A model generated the notes under the pieces. It was not told the origin of the DNA. It worked only from the letters and a program-made list of their open reading frames with translations, and made no database searches. Of a stretch of 64,000 nucleotides of DNA, positions 59,486 to 64,000 are shown piece after piece; within the stretch, counting starts at the first letter, position 1; every line of letters starts with the position of its first letter. Source of the DNA: Phycisphaerae bacterium (GTDB lineage: Bacteria > Planctomycetota > Phycisphaerae > UBA1845); the NCBI GenBank assembly GCA_963666835.2, contig CAXXGO010000006.1:800001-864000 (forward strand), in the 5' to 3' direction. Both the position numbers and the translations under genes were made by a program.

Positions 59486-60141
59486 AGCTGGGCCCCCCGA
59501 CCTATTGAACAACACATATCGTCCGCCAACTCGGCTCGAATTGCCTGGAACTCGTCGATCGTGTCGCTAAAGGCAGCGTACACGTCTGGGGCAAAGTGCC
59601 GTCCGGCTTCATTCGCGATGATCTCGAGTGCCTTGTCCTCAGAGTGGGCTCGCTTGTATGGTCTCTCCGAGCGCACGGCGTCGTACACGTCGGCGACGGC
59701 AACGATCCGCGACTCAAGCGGAATCTCTTCTCCCACCAGTCCGGCCGGATAGCCGCTGCCGTCCCAGCGTTCATGGTGGGTCAGGGCAACTGAGGCGGCC
59801 ATGGCCAGGACCGGATTCCGAGGTCGCGTCAGCGGTACCGCCGGCTCACCATATGAGGCCAGCAGTGCGCTTCGGGGGCGGGGATCCTCCCGGAGAATCT
59901 CTGCCCCGATCTGGCAATGTGCGCTCATGATCTCCCACTCTTCGTCGGAGAACCCGTCCTTTCCTGGCATGCTCACGTCTGACACAACGGCATCGAAATC
60001 GCTCGCGTGCATCACCTCCAACGCTGCATCTGCGCCACCAACGAAGCTCATGTCCCAGCGGCCTCGTTCGGCGCGCAGCATGCGCCGCAGTCCATCCAGG
60101 ACGCTCGGCTCGTCATCAACAAAGAGAATGCGTTTCTTCAT
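59482..60141 (-). pseudogene. Internally deleted receiver/HD-GYP regulator (half receiver fused in frame to HD-GYP C-terminus)
   Basis: ...SDVSMPGKDGF|SDEEWEIMSAHC...HHERWDGSGYP; second half of the receiver and the HD motif are missing. Confidence 0.7.
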
Positions 60142-63100
60142 GAGAGTCCGCTCTTGCGTTCTCACCAGGTTTCGCCTCCAGCGGTAGACGGATGACGAAT
60201 GTGGTCCCGTGGCCTGCTTCGCTCTCAACGCTGAGCTCGCCGCCGTGCTTCTTGACTACCGTGGTACGTGCGATGGCCAACCCCTGGCCAGTTCCCTTAC
60301 CGACATCCTTGGTAGTGAAGAACGGGTCAAAGACCTTGGACTGGAGAGTCTCGGGGATGCCGGTTCCCGTGTCGCTGACACGAATCTCGACCCAGTCACC
60401 GTCCCGCCGCGTTGAGATCGTGATGGTCCCCTTGTCACCGCTGTCCTTACCCACTACGTCGGTAATCGCGTGGGCCGCGTTGACGATCATGTTCAGGATC
60501 ACCTGATTGAAGTCGCCCAGTAAGCAAGGCACGAGTGGAAGCAATGAATCGAAGTCGGTGACCATCTCCGCAACATATTTCCACTCGTTCCGGGAGACCG
60601 TGAGCGTGCTCTCGATGGCCTTGTTAAGATCGGCCATTTGCTTTTCGTCGCCGCCGGGATGCGAGAATTCCTTCATGGACCGCACGATCCTGGCCACCCG
60701 TTCCACCCCCTCCAGCGACTGGGCAATCGCCTTGGGAATCTCCTCCCTGAGAAAGTCGATGTCGAGTTCCTCCAGGGCCGCCTTGATCTCAGCGGTTCGT
60801 TCATCCCAGTTGCGCGGTCCTCTGTCGGGGGCCAGGAGTTCGGCATACCGATCCACAATCTTGATTAGGTCCTGTACGCTGTCCTGGAGGAACCGTGTGT
60901 TGTCTCCGACGTACTGCGTGGGCGTGTTGATCTCGTGGGCGATGCCGGCGGCCAACTGTCCGATCGACTCCAGCTTCTGGGCCTCGCCCAGCTGGTGCTG
61001 GAGGATCTTTTGCTCCGTGATGTCCGCAGCGACAAGGAGAAACCCACCATGCTTGTCCGGGCCACCATTCAGAGGATTCAGGGTCATGCCGAGGAACCCG
61101 TCCGTACCGTCCAGCTTCTTGAAGCGTACTTCGTCCAGGCGTGTCGGCTTGGTCTTGGTGAGGCACTCCGATATGCCCTCCGCAACCGCGGCCTGATCCC
61201 ATTCAATCTCCAGTCGATCGAACACGCGCCCCTGAGCATCCTGTGCCCTGATGCCGAACGTGCGTTCAGCTGCCGCATTCCACGCCGTGACTCTGCCGTC
61301 TCTGTCTACGCCGATCAGTATGGATGAGATGGACTCCAGCAACAGCTTGGTTTGCGTGTGCGCTTCTTGTAGCTGCACCTCCGCCCGCTTGCGGGCGGTG
61401 ATATCGGTGAGCACATTGGCATACCACTTGGGGACCCCGTGTTCGTCACGGATCGCGAATATGTTGTTGAAGGTCGGAGTGACCACACCGTTCGCGCCAT
61501 GGATGTCCAACTCGCCCACCCATTGACCTTCTCGGAGAACCGTGGGGAATATCTCGGCCACCAGTCTTTGCTGCGTTTCCTGATCATAGTACCCGGCGAC
61601 AACCTTACCGATCGTGTCGTCGCGGCTCTCCTCGCCAAACATCCTGCACAGCGATTCATTCGTATATTGGATGCGGCCCTCAAGATCTGCCCAGCCGAGG
61701 CCCTGACCGGACGCCTCGGCAAACTCCCGGAACATTGCGAGTTGTTCCTCCGCGCGCTTGCGGTCGGTGATGTCGCGAAACATCCCCTGCAGGAGTCTCA
61801 CATTGTCTATCTGAATGGAATTGACTTTGATGGCAACCTCTTTGATATCGCCCGTGCTGGTGATGATCTGCGTCTCCAGGATCAGCCCCTCGCTGTCCTG
61901 AGTGTGTTGCCTGAAGGTTCCGGAGAGTCCATCAACGAGCTCCGAAGGAGGATGCAGTATCGACTGATGTTGCCCGATCAGTTCAGATTTGTCTCTGCCA
62001 ACCAGTTCGGCACCCGCACGGTTACAGTCAACTAACATGCCCGTATCCGCGTCAGCGAGGAATATACCGTCCCGGGCTTCTTCAAACAGTCTCCTGTGCC
62101 TCTCTTCACTCTTCCGTAGCGCCGTTTCCGCTTGCTTGCGGCTGGTGATGTCCTGGGCAATGCACACGATCCCGTGGACCGTGCCGTCATTGTTGCTCAT
62201 TACGGACCCTGACATGAGCACCGGGATCTTGTCGCCACTCCGGGCCACAAGTGATTTCTCGATATTGCTGATGAAACCGTTTTCCACGAGGTGGTGCAGC
62301 ACCGTGCGTTTGACGGGCAGGGCCCTCTGAGACAGAATAGGCTGGGCGGTGTCTTCTTCTTCTTCTTCTTCTTCTTCTTCTTCGGAGAAGAGCACGCTTC
62401 CTGGCTGTCCGACCAGCTCTTGTTGCGAATAGCCCAGCAACCTGCAGGTAGCCTCATTGACGGAGACAATCCTGCCATCTGGCGCCACAACGACGAGCAT
62501 GTCGATCATGGACTTGATGATGTTCTCGGTGTAGTCCTTTGCAGCTCGCAGCGCTTCCTCCGCCTTCTTGCGTTCTCTTGCCATGCGGTTAAAGGACTCT
62601 CCCAGCTGTGCCAGTTCATCGGCTCCGCTTACGCCGACGGTGGCGTCTAGGTTCCCCCGGCCAAGTGCAACGTTTGCGTCCGCCAAGCGTCTGACACGCC
62701 GAGACAGCGGTATCGCAACCGTGCCGCTCAGTCCCAGGGCTAGAAGCGTAGCACCGGCGGCAATCAGCAGAATATTGCCTCGGAGTGCAGCTACAGGCTG
62801 GAAAACCGTATCGGCAGGGTCTTCGAGCAGCAGGATCCAGCCCAGACCGTCGAAACTGCCAAAGCCCTGGGACTCTGCGTACACCGTCAGGTGTTTCTGC
62901 CCCGTCGCCTTGTCGAAGCGCTCGGTCATCAAGACATCTTCGTCCGTGACAAACGTGACGTTGCTGAAGTAGCGCGAACCATCGGAGAGGAAGGCCTCAG
63001 GGGTTTCTGCAGAGGACCGGATGATGCGCTTGTCCTTGGTGAACAGAACAAGTGGGTGATTGTGATCAGCGTGGTGGCAATTGACCGCCCTGCTGTCAAT

Positions 63101-63769
63101 GATGTTGAGGACCTCCTGGATATTCAGGGCAGCCTTGAGAACCCCCAGTGGCACGCCGCTATTGTCATCAATGCGCATGCAGAGATCGGTCGAGAATATG
63201 GCTGCGCTTTCATCGAATTCCACGTCGCCTACATAGACACCGTCGCGGTTGGCCAACACCCACCAGTCTTCATCGTCCTGGCGGTAATCCGAGGTCCGAT
63301 TGGTCTGTGCGACGTTAGCTCCGTAGCGATTGGTGACAAACACTTCGCCGAAGACTGGGTAGCCGTTTTCCTGCTCGAGCATATCAAGTCGGATGCTCAT
63401 GTCCTCTGCCAACTCGTTGCTCATCAGACGCTCCAGAAGCGACGTCGGTGCGTCTTCTGCGGCAGCGCGCCATTCACGGTCCTGCTCGTCGATGTGGCGT
63501 TGCCTGTCTTTGAGAGGCTCGAACTCGAGATTGGAATCGCGAAGAGTGCGCTGCACGAGCGGGCTGTGTGTGTAGGCCTTCCACTCGGCGATTCGAGTAT
63601 GCATCACCCGGTTGATCTCGTCCAAGATTGCTCTGGCGCGTTCGGCAGACGTTCGTTCGATGGCCTGGCGCAGGCTATCTTGACTGGCGGCCGCGGCGTA
63701 GAAGGCAACCCCCCAGATTAAGGTAACTGGCAGCGCCGTTGCCAAGGTCAGTTTGTGTGTGATCTTCAT
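60116..63769 (-). CDS. Membrane sensor histidine kinase (Cache-like, HAMP, four PAS, HisKA, HATPase)
   Basis: Two TMs, DELAQLGESFN, four PAS units ending DIT, AHEINTP, NAAHA, DTGTG, FFTTK, GTGQGL. Confidence 0.92.
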   Translation of the reverse strand: MKITHKLTLATALPVTLIWGVAFYAAAASQDSLRQAIERTSAERARAILDEINRVMHTRIAEWKAYTHSPLVQRTLRDSNLEFEPLKDRQRHIDEQDREWRAAAEDAPTSLLERLMSNELAEDMSIRLDMLEQENGYPVFGEVFVTNRYGANVAQTNRTSDYRQDDEDWWVLANRDGVYVGDVEFDESAAIFSTDLCMRIDDNSGVPLGVLKAALNIQEVLNIIDSRAVNCHHADHNHPLVLFTKDKRIIRSSAETPEAFLSDGSRYFSNVTFVTDEDVLMTERFDKATGQKHLTVYAESQGFGSFDGLGWILLLEDPADTVFQPVAALRGNILLIAAGATLLALGLSGTVAIPLSRRVRRLADANVALGRGNLDATVGVSGADELAQLGESFNRMARERKKAEEALRAAKDYTENIIKSMIDMLVVVAPDGRIVSVNEATCRLLGYSQQELVGQPGSVLFSEEEEEEEEEEDTAQPILSQRALPVKRTVLHHLVENGFISNIEKSLVARSGDKIPVLMSGSVMSNNDGTVHGIVCIAQDITSRKQAETALRKSEERHRRLFEEARDGIFLADADTGMLVDCNRAGAELVGRDKSELIGQHQSILHPPSELVDGLSGTFRQHTQDSEGLILETQIITSTGDIKEVAIKVNSIQIDNVRLLQGMFRDITDRKRAEEQLAMFREFAEASGQGLGWADLEGRIQYTNESLCRMFGEESRDDTIGKVVAGYYDQETQQRLVAEIFPTVLREGQWVGELDIHGANGVVTPTFNNIFAIRDEHGVPKWYANVLTDITARKRAEVQLQEAHTQTKLLLESISSILIGVDRDGRVTAWNAAAERTFGIRAQDAQGRVFDRLEIEWDQAAVAEGISECLTKTKPTRLDEVRFKKLDGTDGFLGMTLNPLNGGPDKHGGFLLVAADITEQKILQHQLGEAQKLESIGQLAAGIAHEINTPTQYVGDNTRFLQDSVQDLIKIVDRYAELLAPDRGPRNWDERTAEIKAALEELDIDFLREEIPKAIAQSLEGVERVARIVRSMKEFSHPGGDEKQMADLNKAIESTLTVSRNEWKYVAEMVTDFDSLLPLVPCLLGDFNQVILNMIVNAAHAITDVVGKDSGDKGTITISTRRDGDWVEIRVSDTGTGIPETLQSKVFDPFFTTKDVGKGTGQGLAIARTTVVKKHGGELSVESEAGHGTTFVIRLPLEAKPGENARADSHEETHSLC
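62354..62383 (-). repeat. Perfect (GAA)10 microsatellite encoding poly-Glu
   Basis: (TTC)10 on the + strand; SEEEEEEEEEED in the first PAS domain. Confidence 0.9.
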
Positions 63770-63903
63770 CGACGAATCCTCGTCATGGCGGCCCGGCGAC
63801 GATGTCAATCTGCTGCAATGACATCGCTTCCGAAGCTGAACAGCAGGATGGGAAGTGTCTGCTCATAGATCACTCGAGTGCACCAGACCGGTGCACGTTT
63901 GCC

Positions 63904-63999
63904 TCATAAAGACAGTGCCCGGTGCTCCGCAGCGGTGGTAGGGCGCTCCTCAGCGTGCTTGCACATGTAGTGCTCAATGCCGTGCCTGGGAATGCGCCA
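63904..63999 (-). CDS. Possible 3' end of an excisionase-like HTH protein (partial)
   Basis: WRIPRHGIEHYM...* resembles the WRIP wing of HTH_17/MerR-like proteins; only 31 codons visible. Confidence 0.3.
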   Translation of the reverse strand, partial: WRIPRHGIEHYMCKHAEERPTTAAEHRALSL

Positions 64000-64000
64000 T

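Overview
High-GC bacterial window whose gene style (DCN/dockerin-type secreted proteins, TMTC-like TPR protein, GGGTG/GTAG palindromes) suggests a Planctomycetota/Phycisphaerae-like genome; this taxonomy is inference. It holds housekeeping and metabolic genes (purN, pyrC, kdsC, sat, nrnA-like, etfAB plus a membrane Fe-S oxidoreductase, two-subunit fumarate hydratase, ALDH, sigma-70, anti-/anti-anti-sigma pair), several secreted Cys-rich proteins, a tRNA-Arg(TCT), and a downstream two-component/HDOD/HD-GYP signalling cluster. Intergenic DNA is full of REP-like palindromes from several families. The main observation is two structurally different group II introns, an RT-encoding one (583-2509) and an ORF-less one (43190-44099), each inserted inside a GGGTG-headed REP palindrome. 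In both, the EBS1 loop is complementary to the REP arm at the junction, removing the intron rebuilds the REP, and the 5' end lacks GUGYG. Three empty copies of the first intron's target lie in the same window. They bracket a secreted HEXXH-peptidase gene (with an in-frame REPIN and an upstream G9 tract) and two tandem paralogous small exported proteins.
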